A DNA stretch of 46,761 nt from Octopus bimaculoides (GCF_001194135.2 NC_068991.1:68888916-68935676), one strand, 5' to 3'. Shown: positions 1 to 11,996, counted from the first letter of the stretch. A program made the numbers and translations. The notes: a model not told the origin generated them from the letters alone.

Positions 1-435
1 TATAGATATATAGATATATATTGATATATATATATATATACGTGTCGATCTATCGCTCCGTCTATTATTTACCTATCAATGAATCTCTCTTTTTTTTCGC
101 TCTCTCTCTCTCTCATACATACATACACACATACATACACACATGCATACGCATACATACATACATACATACATACATACATACATGTAAATATATATTT
201 TTCAGGAAATTTCCGCTGAAGAGGGGATGAAAAAATACGTAAGAAGAAAAGAAATCACAAGAGAAGGACACTTTTCTTATTATTTGCAGACCCTAATTAG
301 CTGCTACGCGAATTAGCTTGAAAATATTGCGTCGTTCATCTTTATTTATTCGAAACTAAACGTAGCTTCTTTACAGTTTACTTCCGCTTTACTTCGTTCC
401 ACTCTATTACGTCACATCAATTTTTCTCTTTTGTT

Positions 436-655
436 TAAGGTGGTGGACGTGCAGAATCTTTACCACGTCGGACAAAATGCTTAGCGGCATTTCCTCCGTC
501 TCAACATCCTGAATTAAATATGCACCCAGAGTCGACTTTATTTTCATCTTTTCGGGGTCGAAAAAATAAGTACCAGCTGCAAACTGGAGTCGAGGTAATC
601 GACTTATCCGCTCACTCAAAACTGATGACCTTGTGCCATAATTCGAAACCAATAT
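436..655 (+). mobile_element. SINE family A (tRNA-like head plus Meta/MESC-like central domain), diverged full-length copy
   Basis: Carries the gtcgactttattttcatcttttcggggtcgaaaaaataagtaccag core and cttgtgcc...gaaaccaatatt tail shared with the copies at 19002-19882 and 35416-35635. The domain name is from recall and unverified. Confidence 0.85.
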
Positions 656-1142
656 TTCTGTTTTGTAAAGCTATATAGTCAGGCGACGAAAATCTCGCTT
701 CATATAACGTTACTCCACTTTGTCCTTCATTATGGCTTTCGCTCCCTAAGGATCATAGAATCATAGAGCAATGTTGAATTTATTCCACAGTTATCATTTC
801 TGGGCTATCTTCTCTGCTTCTCTTCTCCTGGGTCTTGTTAGTTTTGAATTGTAATCTACCTTTCTATGATTGTTTTTTTTTTCTAAGTAAGGATGTTGGC
901 CCTACGCAAATTCTCAATAACTTTGTGAATGTGTACAAGATCCCTCAACATGTAGGAGGCATTCGGAAGCTATTCAGCTGAGTTAAGAATCTAAGTGGCA
1001 TATGTCGATTCCGACAGGATTTGAAGCTGGAACTTAGACGGTGGTATCTGAGTGTTGTAAATTATTTATAAATTCCAGCGCTCTGCTGTTTCCGGCACAC
1101 CCAAAATATTCAACCTAAAGAATAACATTAGAAGAAGGAGGT

Positions 1143-1258
1143 GAAGAAGAAGAAGAAGAAGAAGAAGAAGAAGAAGAAGAAGAAGAAGAAGAAGAAGAAG
1201 AAGAAGAAGAAGAAGAAGAAGAAGAAGAAGAAGAAGAAGAAGAAGATATTGATGATGG

Positions 1259-1313
<55 letters not shown>

Positions 1314-1447
1314 ATCAACGCTGGTGGAAGATGTAGATCTAGAAAAAGTACCAATAACAGAATCAGCAAGAAAAACAGCGATAACCACAACAACAACAAT
1401 AGCAACTGCACTATCTTGACCCTCAAGGACAACAACAACACTGCCAT

Positions 1448-1489
<42 letters not shown>

Positions 1490-1517
1490 AATCATCATCA
1501 TCATCATCATCATCATC
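1143..1517. repeat. Compound trinucleotide microsatellites: (GAA)n 1143-1244, (GAT)n 1251-1313, (ATC)n 1449-1517
   Basis: Directly visible; these generate the spurious poly-K, poly-M and poly-S ORFs. Confidence 0.98.
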
Positions 1518-1960
1518 AACAACAACAACGACAAAAACAACGGAGTAAGGGTGTCACTGCCGTAAAGATGGAGAATGTTTAGGTCGACATACAACACACG
1601 CACACACACACACATGTATGTATTAACACACATACACACGCACGCACACACACATATACGCACACTCACGCACCCATGCATATGTTACAAGATCTCAAAA
1701 TATGGCTGAAAGTGGGTCGGCAACAATTATGCTGAATATAACGTCGTGGTGGTAGTGGTGGTGGTAGAAAGGGTCACTTAGTCTGCCACTCCATCCCGCT
1801 ACCACAACACCATCACCACCACCACCATCTACAACATCACACTCACCTCCAACCGTTTCCCCAGACCTCATTTCCAAGAAATATTCTTCATTTTATCCAT
1901 TTTCCTTTCCTCTTAAATCATTTGCTCCACTTCATTTAACATTCGCCCCCATTCTGGCTT

Positions 1961-2085
1961 TTGTTTTTTTTTCATTTTTTAATTACTTTTCTTCTTTTCT
2001 TGTCCTCTCATTCTTTTCTCTCAATTCTTTCTTCCTTTTCTCTTTCATTCACTCTGTCTTTTCTCTTAATTTCTCTCCATCATTT

Positions 2086-2151
<66 letters not shown>

Positions 2152-2770
2152 TTCCTTCACTCCTTACTTCATTTCTTCCTTTCTTCATTCCTTCCTTCCT
2201 TCATTCCTTCCTTCCTATCTTTCTTTCTTTCTTCCTTTCTTTCTTTCTTTCTTTCTTCCGTTCCATCTTTGTTTCATCCCTCTTTTCTTCCTTTGTTTCC
2301 TTTCTTCCTTTCTTCCTTCATTTCTTCCTTCCTTCATTCCTCCTTTCCTTTCTTCCTTCCTTCCTTCCTTCCTTCCTTTCTTTCTTTCTTTCTTTCTTCC
2401 ATCATTACATTTTTTATTTCTCTTTTTTAAACTTACCTATTTCCCTCCTTGTTTTTATCGATTGTTATCACCCACACTTTCGACTTACCTTCTTGTCACA
2501 CCTTCCTTCCTTTCTTCAATTCATCCCATTCTTTCTTCCCTTATTTCTCCTCTTTTCTTTTCCTCTCCCCTTCCGCCATCTTACCTCAATGTCTCTACCT
2601 TTCATTCTCCACCTTTCTTTCCTTCCTGCATTTATATTCAGTTTCTTCATCTCTCATCCTATCTATTACTTTCTCTTAGACTCATTCCACTTTGCCTGGT
2701 TCCTATCATTCTTTCTCCACTAATTTTTCTTCATTTGGCGTTAAACTCTCTTCCTTTCTCTCTCTCAATC
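1961..2770. repeat. Degenerate (CTTT)n/(CTTC)n polypyrimidine tract
   Basis: About 0.8 kb of almost pure C/T with a perfect (CTTT)n core near 2085-2148. Confidence 0.95.
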
Positions 2771-3049
2771 AATAAAAATCGTTTTCTTTCACAAGTTCTC
2801 TACCAATAACGTTTTCTCTCTTCATTATTGCTTATCCAACAAAATCTGTATGATTGATATATATCTAAATCCGTACCTAAATATACATACATATTTAACA
2901 CTCTCATTGCATGTTTTTCTCTTTCTTTGTTTCTTTTCCCTTTCTTTTTCCCCTCCTTCCTTCTTTCTTTCTCACTTTCTTTTTTTTTTCTTTCTTTCTA
3001 ACGTACCATTACAAGAAATTTCTCATCACATGTACTTCANNNNNNNNNN

Positions 3050-3084
<35 letters not shown>

Positions 3085-3511
3085 CCAATAAAATATACAT
3101 CAGAAAAGAAGCATGCTCTAAAAAAAAAATAGAGCAGTAATTATTATAGCAAAAATTTAAATTATTTAACGGGCACAACCTAAGAGTCTCCCTTAGTTGT
3201 GGACCTAGAGATGATGACCAATCCAGGACCAGCGACACAGAGGAGGTATCAGACGTTCCTAGTACCACCACCACTACAGATGTTGACCAATAGGATGACC
3301 TGCCCAGGATTATATGTTACCACGGGCCGCACCCGCACTAACACTGGCAGCTACGTCGCCAACCATATGACCTGTAGTGATAGACATGGCGATAACACCG
3401 CCGGATCATTGCGCATATCGACTGCATCGATGACGGTGTGGCCAACAGCATCCCTAGGCCCGGACCCTATCAGAGTCATGCAAGGAGTGCGAATATAGCC
3501 ACACTCCAAGT

Positions 3512-4720
3512 TTGTAAGAGCTGTGTTAGACAGTCCCTGCCGCAGCGAAAGTCATGCTGGTCTGAATTTAGGAGTTTGTGGCTCTTCAGGAAGCCAGCTA
3601 TCTTTGATCTTACCAACTTTTCAAACACTTTAATGATATGGGAGGTGAGTGAGATTGGGCGATAGTTGACTGCGAGAGATCTGTTTCCCTGTTTGAAAAC
3701 CAGGATGACAGCCTGGGGTAAGAGCTGTTTCGGTATATAATCTGAGTCTAAAGAATTTCTCCAGAGGTTAGTCAGAGGAACTGCAAGTTAGTGTCTACAT
3801 TCCTTTAGGAGACTAGCGGGGAATCTATCAGGACCTACAGTAGAGTAGTATTTAATCTTCTTTATTACTGCTATGATGTCTGAAGCAGTAAAGGTTATGT
3901 CCGAGATTATATGTTGGGAATCGACTTCGTTCACATCCCTTACGGCAATATCAGTGGAAGTATTTTTTTTCTGCAGTACTTCTGCCATTTCTTCAGCATC
4001 GTATTGGAGAATGTCGTTATCATCGTTCAATGGACCAATGAGTGAGGCAACGGTTCTATGCTTATTTGCATATGAATAGAACACTTTTGGGGTCTGTTTC
4101 ATTTTTTGGATTACTCACTGTTCCTATGCAGCTCTTTGATTTTCAATGGAGGTTTCCATGTTGCTCTGCAGATGAAGTTTTCCTAACTCCAGCCATTTCA
4201 TTGTTGTTTAATGTGGATGTTCTATGTGGGAGTATTTTAATTAGTTGATTTTTTAAAATTAAATCTTTTGATGCGCCTGATGAGTGTTTGTTTTTCTTTC
4301 TTGGGAGCCTGTTTCTGTTTGTGATAGTGGATTTCGTAGGAGCGTGTTTTGAGCATGTATAGGTGACAATGTCCTCAAAGTGCTGTCATGTGGTTTCAAT
4401 GTTAGGAGCTGAGAGTGAAGGACCAATCGATAAAAAACAGATCCTTTCTGATTGCTGCCCAGTCTGTTTTGTGGAAGTTTATTTTGTCATATATGTGCAG
4501 TGGAGTGGGATTGTCTGCTTTGGTTTTGATATACCGGGAATTAAAATTGTAGAGTATCATGTCGTGGTCCGAGAGGAGAGTTTTTTAAAACTGAAATACT
4601 GTGAGTGGAGCTAGAGTGTTTGGTTAATATTAGATCCAAGATCGTTTTATTCTATCTTGTTGATTCGAGCACTACCTGAGTCAGGAGAAATTCATCCATT
4701 AGATTAAAGAATAATTCTGC
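3512..4720 (-). mobile_element. Decayed CR1-type LINE ORF2 fragment (APE endonuclease C-terminus, linker, start of reverse transcriptase)
   Basis: Manual minus-strand translation gives MDEFLLTQVV..TILDLILT and TLLSDHDMI (APE LDL and SDH motifs), PKVFYSYA..IGPL, GPDRFPASLLKEC, NYRPISLTSHIIKVFEKLV and QHDFRCGRDCLTQLL (RT QHGFR..RSC). Stops and deletions are present. Confidence 0.92.
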
Positions 4721-4933
4721 TTAGTCTGGCGTAGTGCATTTGCCTAACCTCAGAGTATTTGAGGGCCAGATTATATAAGGGAGGTTAAAATCACCCATTA
4801 TTATTTCTTAATAATAATAATATCATCATTATTTATAATTATACACCACTACCATTTGAATTTGGCAGTAGCCTCTCAACGGTTTTAACATATTTTGTAC
4901 GAAGCGAGTAGCAGTTTAGCCCCAGGCAGCAAG

Positions 4934-4990
4934 ACCCACTGAGGAGATCTAAGAGGAATATCTCAGAGATCGAAAGCACGTGATATGGGT
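4934..4990 (+). ncRNA. Type I hammerhead ribozyme, near-canonical, PLE-type with palindromic stem III
   Basis: ACCCA-CTGAGGA-GATCT[aaGAGG aata TCTCag]AGATC-GAAA-GCACGTGA-TA^TGGGT: 5-bp stem I, CUGANGA core, 5-bp stem II with an inner hairpin, GAAA, and a near-palindromic AGCACGTGAT stem III. Predicted cleavage is after 4985. Confidence 0.8.
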
Positions 4991-5257
4991 ATATCTGCAT
5001 TCTCGTTTGTGAGTGTTCATCGCCTTGGTATGTTGGCTATTTTTCTCGCTTACCCAATTTCGTCAGCTTGTTAACTTCAGTGCTTGAGGCTAATTGATTC
5101 GATTTTCACTCCTATTTCTTGCAAAACTAGTGCCACCTATTACCCTTAGATATTTTCTGTTTGTTGTTTTTGCTAACTAGCCACCTATGTTGCCAATTTT
5201 TATTAATAATAGTATCACAAGTCATTTAGAATAATTTAATTAGGGTAAGGTGAATTT

Positions 5258-5340
5258 GAAGACTTACAGCTGTTTCTGGGATAACACTAGTGGTTGGTTA
5301 GCATATCTATGCACTGGCTATTCCGTCATCAGAAACAAGA
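5258..5340 (-). ncRNA. Type I hammerhead ribozyme remnant (core intact, stem I degraded)
   Basis: The minus strand reads gttt-CTGATGA-cGGAATAGC...GTTATCCca-GAAAC-AGCT-GTA^AGTC. Stem III is the perfect palindrome ACAGCTGT with a GUA triplet; stem I pairs only weakly. Confidence 0.65.
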
Positions 5341-5390
5341 TATGAATATTTTAGACGGGGGAAAATTTACAGCAGATATATATACATCTA

Positions 5391-5556
5391 TACGACGTTC
5401 TTCTTTCAGTTTCCGTCTACCAAATCCACTTACAAGGCTTTGGTCGGCCCGAGGCTATAGTAGAAGACACTTGCCTAAAGTGCCACGCAGTGGGACTGAA
5501 CCCGGAACCAAATGGTTGGTAAGCAAGCTACTTACCACACAGCCACTCCTGTGCCT
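5391..5556 (-). mobile_element. SINE family B (tRNA-like head plus CORE-like domain), 5' half
   Basis: The reverse complement has tggctgtgtggtaag (A-box-like), gggttcagtccc (B-box-like) and ggcactttaggcaagtgtcttc (CORE-like); it closely matches 31019-31185. Confidence 0.9.
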
Positions 5557-5949
5557 ATATATGCATATACATACACATATACATATATATACATNNNNNN
5601 NNNNNNNNNNNNNNNNNNNNNNNNNNNNNNNNNNNNNNNNNNNNNNNNNNNNNNNNNNNNNNNNNNNNNNNNNNNNNNNNNNNNNNNNNNNNNNNNNNNN
5701 NNNNNNNNNNNNNNNNNNNNNNNNNNNNNNTATATATATATATATATATGCATACATACATACATACACACATATATAAACATGTATAACTGCTGATTTG
5801 AGGGTGCATGTAACTGTGTGCGCGCGATCGCGTGTGAATATGCAAGTACACTTGTATGTTTGTGTGTGTGTGTGTGTGTGTAGTTATTTTACAGAAAAAT
5901 ATGTTACGTTGTTGTTTCACTATCACTTACCAATCTATAATATTTTTTG

Positions 5950-6330
5950 TAGCTGATATTTTGTTAGAAAGTGTTCTATTCTTAGTTGGAATATACATCA
6001 GATCTTTTCAGATATTTTTTCGCAATTCGCTCTTTTTCAATCCGTCTTGTAACTATCGATAACTCTTGCTTTGTTGGATATTTATGACGTACGGTTTTCG
6101 TAGCGTAAAGTCTATTTTCCCTGTGTTGGTTGAGAATCTCCTCGAAATCCAATAGTATGCGATATTGCAGTAGTGATTTGCACTACGTGTCGCTTAAGTG
6201 CTTGTACATTTTGCATTTCTCCACTACAGCTTATTCCTCTTCTTAGATACTGGTTGTAGCCAATATAGATGTAAGCCAATTACAGTCAATCGAGTGGTTT
6301 CCTTGCAGTTATCACTAGAAATATGTATTC
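5950..6330 (-). mobile_element. Possible highly decayed Penelope-like GIY-YIG fragment
   Basis: Only scattered words in mixed frames (YIG, MYKHLS..C, RIEHFLTKYQ) that resemble the PLE endonuclease C-terminus; the evidence is weak. Confidence 0.2.
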
Positions 6331-6686
6331 GACACACTGTGAAGAGCCGGTGAAGTAACTGATAACTGATATTTCTGTGTGTATGTTTTAAGCTTGTCTC
6401 TGTTGAATGAGAGAGATAGTGAGTTTAGTATGTGGCTTTAGTATTGCTCTGGAGTATTTCATGTACTTGTGTGTTAGGAGGTGGTTCTGATGCAATGACA
6501 GGCATTATATGAATCACGTTTGTCCAACAAACTGTGATTCTCACAGGTCCAGATAGTCATTCTATATTTTTCCCTCTGGTGTGCTGACGGTTTCAGACGA
6601 CTGCGATTTTATGTACATTGTAGGTTATTGTCATTTGTCGTGAAGAGATTAGGTTGGCAATGCAAAACTTCCATAATCTATGATGG

Positions 6687-6857
6687 GGCATTCCGTCTGT
6701 CTTTACGTTCTAAGTTCAGATTCCACCGAGGTCGACTTTATCTTTCATCCTCTCGGGGTCGATAAGATAAGTACTAACTGAGAACTAAGGTCGATGTAAT
6801 TGACTTAGCCTCTCTTTCGAAATTACTGCACTTGTGCCAAGATTTAAAATCAATATT
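6687..6857 (+). mobile_element. SINE family A, copy with a degenerate 5' end
   Basis: Contains gttctaagttcagattccaccgaggtcgactttatctttcatcctctcggggtcgataag and the cttgtgcc tail. Confidence 0.85.
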
Positions 6858-7476
6858 TAAATAACGGGAAAAAATCCCAAAATCAATACGAACACATCAA
6901 TCCAGCCTTCTCATGTCTTCCGATGCTCATATATATTTCCGAAGAAACCAGAGAGTAATACCGTCCACTTTCAGAAACGCTGTATTACATCCCTGTTACA
7001 ATATATATTACGCATCTATTATCCTGCCGTTTCCTCTACAATCGCGGCAAAACTAAATGTAGATTTCGTGTCTAATGTATAATGTCATGTCTAGTGTATA
7101 ATTCAAGTGATTTAACTTAAAATGTACTCAAATTAAAAAGTATTTACACGTTCGTTTTCTCTAAATCTTTATTCTGGAAATTTCACATTTTCTTCACATT
7201 CATACATCCATTCAGTCACTCATTACTCATTCATGTATTTAACCATTCAATCATTCGTTCATTCATTCATTTGTTTATTCATATATTCCATAAACAAGTT
7301 CTCATTCATTTACATATTTGTTGTCCTCATTTATTAGTTACATTAAGCACTTAATGAATTTAAGTATTAATTAATTAACAGCTTGATATAGTAATTTATC
7401 AGTTAAACAAGAACTTCTTCATATCACATTTCTGATGGCCCTTTGTGTATGTATGTATGTATGTATAAGTATATGC

Positions 7477-7507
<31 letters not shown>

Positions 7508-7562
7508 CTTAATCCCTTGTTTGTCCCCTCTATGTTTAGCCCCTTGTGGGCAATTAAGAAAT
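7508..7562 (+). mobile_element. SINE family A, 3' tail fragment
   Basis: cttgtttgtcccctctatgtttagccccttgtgggca is identical to 19187-19222. Confidence 0.85.
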
Positions 7563-7922
7563 GGGTTGTACCCCCAACCCCTAACTCTCTCACGTTATAT
7601 ATNNNNNNNNNNNNNNNNNNNNNNNNNNNNNNNNNNNNNNNNNNNNNNNNNNNNNNNNNNNNNNNNNNNNNNNNNNNNNNNNNNNNNNNNNNNNNNNNNN
7701 NNNNNNNNNNNNNNNNNNNNNNNNNNNNNNNNNNNNNNNNNNNNNNNNNNNNNNNNNNNNNNNNNNNNNNNNNNNNNNNNNNNNNNNNNNNNNNNNNNNN
7801 NNNNNNNNNNNNNNNNNNNNNNNNNNNNNNNNNNNNNNNNNNNNNNNNNNNNNNNNNNNNNNNNNNNNNNNNNNNNNNNNNNNNNNNNNNNNNNNNNNNN
7901 NATTAATTATAAAAATAATTTA

Positions 7923-8434
7923 TTGGGTTGGCAACTAAGTTCCCGACGTTGTTTTAGAATTTTGGAATCTATTTTTTTCGACGATTATATTTTTGAATCA
8001 TTTTGGAATATATTTTGCTTTCTTTTCTAGTTAATTTTAATTAATTTTTGTTTATTTTCAGATCATTAAAATAGAATGTCAAGTTAAGAAAAACGAGCAT
8101 TTTCGACACCTCTTTTTGCTCTTAATCAAGGTTCTAAGGCCGCAAAAGCTGCTCGCGACATTTGTGCTGTGTATGGAGAGGGTGCCATAGTTGAAAGAAC
8201 CGCTCGTGATTGGTTTGACCTCAAAGACGCATCTTCTTCTGGCCATCCAGTTGAGTTCGATGAAGAACGATTAAACTAACTTTTGCACGAAACTTCTCGT
8301 CAAACAACAAGAGAACTGGCAGAGAGATTGGAATGCTCCCACATCGTATTATTACTGGCGACGAAAAATAGTGTCTGTACATCAATATGAAGCAGCTTAA
8401 GGAATGGCTTAGTCCTAGTAAAGAAGCGACACCG
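7923..8434 (+). mobile_element. Internally deleted mariner transposon (5' TIR plus transposase remnant)
   Basis: TA followed by the TIR ttgggttggcaactaag. Translation from 8071 (ATA, probably an ex-ATG): ECQVKKNEHFRH..NQGSKAAKAARDICAVYGEGAIVERTARDWF/DLKD..SGHPVEFDEERL..RQTTRELAE../RIITGDEK*CLYINMK..WLSP, giving the HTH region and the first catalytic D. No 3' TIR is seen. Confidence 0.92.
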
Positions 8435-8437
8435 TGC

Positions 8438-8585
8438 AATGATGATCTGGAACTTGACTGAGTAAAGAAAACTCCGAATGACCCGTCCTTGTTTTCTTTG
8501 TATCGTCTATCTGGATGTTTTGTTGTCCCTTTTTTGTATCACCTAACTGTCTGGATGTTTTGCGTCCCTTTTGTATTATATATAT
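8438..8585. repeat. Short element end with an internal direct repeat, truncating the mariner
   Basis: Two copies of ctggatgttttg..gtcccttt(t)tgtat (near 8511 and 8551) ending in (TA)n; family uncertain. Confidence 0.45.
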
Positions 8586-8594
8586 ATGACGAGC

Positions 8595-8698
8595 TTTCAG
8601 CTTCCGTCCTGTCTACTAAATCGCTACACGACACTTTGCTCAACCTGGGTCTACAGTGGAAGGCATTTTCCTACATTGTCACGCAATGCGACCGGACC
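8595..8698 (-). mobile_element. SINE family B, old degenerate fragment
   Basis: Loosely aligns to 5391-5500 (tctactaaatc...gggtctacagtggaaggca...gtcacgcaatg). Confidence 0.6.
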
Positions 8699-8864
8699 AT
8701 ATACATACATGCATATATACATACATACATGCATATATATATACATATATATATATAAATGTATAAATATTTATTTATATATATAGACATATATATATGT
8801 GTATATATATACGTATATATATGCGTATATATATATATAATATTATTTATGCATATATATATGC

Positions 8865-8911
<47 letters not shown>

Positions 8912-8949
8912 CATATACATGCACATATATATGCACATATACATATGAT

Positions 8950-9080
8950 GAGCTTTTAGATTCCGTCTACTAAACCCGGGTCTACAGTAGAAGACATGTA
9001 CCCAAAGCGTCACGGAGCGGGACTGAACCAGGAAACATGTGGTTAATAAGCAAAATTCTTCCATGTAGCCACGGCGTCCT
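8950..9080 (-). mobile_element. SINE family B, degenerate and internally deleted copy
   Basis: Contains ttccgtctac...agtagaagacatgtacccaaag...gggactgaaccaggaaacatgtggtt. Confidence 0.75.
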
Positions 9081-9623
9081 TGATTTTAACCAGCTTGACA
9101 ACAATTTGTATAGGCAGCCGAATTGTGAGATCCTCACACTCTACTCAATTCGTAGGTTCCTACATGTGCTCGGCTGTGTCACCAGCATTGTGTTGCATTA
9201 ATTAAATTATAAATAACTAGTTCCAATAAATTCGCTTTTGCATAATTTTTATGTTCTCTCTTCCCTATGCTTTATCAAATTATTTATATGTTCATTATAT
9301 AACGTCATTACCCCTAAACTAATTTTATAAAACTTTGTCTTGTCCAACAAACATGTTTTATGTAAACACACTATTTTAACATTTCATTTCGCTGTGTGAG
9401 CAATGAGCCTTGTGATTATGACAATTAATATTAATATTCTTCTTCTACTTATAATTATTATTATTATTACTGTCATGTTTGTTGTTGTGGTCGAAGCTGT
9501 TTTTGGTGTTGTTATAGTCATTAGTTGTTAATTTGTGCCAACTTCAGAAAATATATTCATGAAGGGCCCCCTATCTAAGCATGGCTTTCTATCTGTATTT
9601 ACCTAGTCATAAATATATGGGTG

Positions 9624-9659
<36 letters not shown>

Positions 9660-10974
9660 NNNNNNNNNNNNNNNNNNNNNNNNNNNNNNNNNNNNNNNNN
9701 NNNNNNNNNNNNNNNNNNNNNNNNNNNNNNNNNNNNNNNNNNNNNNNNNNNNNNNNNNNNNNNNNNNNNNNNNNNNNNNNNNNNNNNNNNNNNNNNNNNN
9801 NNNNNNNNNNNNNNNNNNNNNNNNNNNNNNNNNNNNNNNNNNNNNNNNNNNNNNNNNNNNNNNNNNNNNNNNNNNNNNNNNNNNNNNNNNNNNNNNNNNN
9901 NNNNNNNNNNNNNNNNNNNNNNNNNNNNNNNNNNNNNNNNNNNNNNNNNNNNNNNNNNNNNNNNNNNNNNNNNNNNNNNNNNNNNNNNNNNNNNNNNNNN
10001 NNNNNNNNNNNNNNNNNNNNNNNNNNNNNNNNNNNNNNNNNNNNNNNNNNNNNNNNNNNNNNNNNNNNNNNNNNNNNNNNNNNNNNNNNNNNNNNNNNNN
10101 NNNNNNNNNNNNNNNNNNNNNNNNNNNNNNNNNNNNNNNNNNNNNNNNNNNNNNNNNNNNNNNNNNNNNNNNNNNNNNNNNNNNNNNNNNNNNNNNNNNN
10201 NNNNNNNNNTATATATATATATATATATATATATGTAGTATACGTGTATATCTGTGCATGTGTGTGTATGTGTATGCCATCAATTTTCGCTGCTGCTCTT
10301 TCTAAAAATTTACATAAAGCATATTTTCAGAATGTCTAAAGGATTCTGCAAGAATGGACAAGCATTACATATAGCAACAATGATAATAAAAACAATAATA
10401 ATGACAATAATAATAATAATAATAATAATGATAATAATGGAGGAAAAAGGGAAAAAGAAATGTCTCCAGGGAATATATGAACATTTGATCATTTGGAATC
10501 TGAAAGAAATTTACGCAGCGTAGATTTCTTTGGCTCTGTCCAAGGCTCGTTGAAAATATCCTTCCATTAAACATGTAACCGGATGCTGAATTGTAATTCG
10601 CATGCACACACACACACACACACACATACACACGCACATATACACGCGCAAACACGCGTATACACATACATATGTATATCGATGTGTGTTCGTTTTTCTT
10701 CTAGCTGATTTGTATTTTCGCTTATTGATTGGTTTATATATATATATTTTTTTGTTTGCATTTACTTTACTTCTGTGTCTTTCTTCTTTTTATATTTTAA
10801 ACGTATGAGGAATATTCGGTTAATCATCAATCATTGTCCATTGTGATCCAGGCAGTGAAAAAAAAATCTCTACATCACCGCATTCCTATCGTAAAACATA
10901 ATTTGTGGATATTAATTCATGATGGGATACCACTGAACGGAATATACAGTGATTCTACACTAGCACTACCGAGA

Positions 10975-11330
<356 letters not shown>

Positions 11331-11477
11331 ATCTATTTGGCTATATAATTGCCTGCCTTTCTATCTGTTCCTCTGTCTTAATCACGCTCACATACACATT
11401 AATGTATATGCACAGTAATAAACGTACGCATAAACTCATATATACACACAAAAACGTACATATACATAGTCAAACAG

Positions 11478-11509
<32 letters not shown>

Positions 11510-11962
11510 GCGCGTACATGCACACACACACACACACACACACACATACGCACACACAGACACACATTAGTCGTTTTGTAATTCCTTCAAACACACAAAC
11601 ACGTAATATACCAAGGTAAATGGACATTATGCATCTTCAAAGAATTAAATTTTAGGTATTCTCTCTGTTATATTAATATTAACGAGATCTNNNNNNNNNN
11701 NNNNNNNNNNNNNNNNNNNNNNNNNNNNNNNNNNNNNNNNNNNNNNNNNNNNNNNNNNNNNNNNNNNNNNNNNNNNNNNNNNNNNNNNNNNNNNNNNNNN
11801 NNNNNNNNNNNNNNNNNNNNNNNNNNNNNNNNNNNNNNNNNNNNNNNNNNNNNNNNNNNNNNNNNNNNNNNNNNNNNNNNNNNNNNNNNNNNNNNNNNNN
11901 NNNNNNNNNNNNNNNNNNNNNNNNNNNNNNNNNNNNNNNNNNNNNNNNNNNNNNNNNNNNNN

Positions 11963-11996
<34 letters not shown>

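Noticed and set aside
622-650. CTGATGA...GAAAC hammerhead-like words
   Set aside because: No stem II or stem I pairing; the words lie in the SINE A tail, whose other copies lack CTGATGA.
1961-2809. 282-aa F/L/S/P-rich ORF
   Set aside because: It is the translation of the polypyrimidine repeat.
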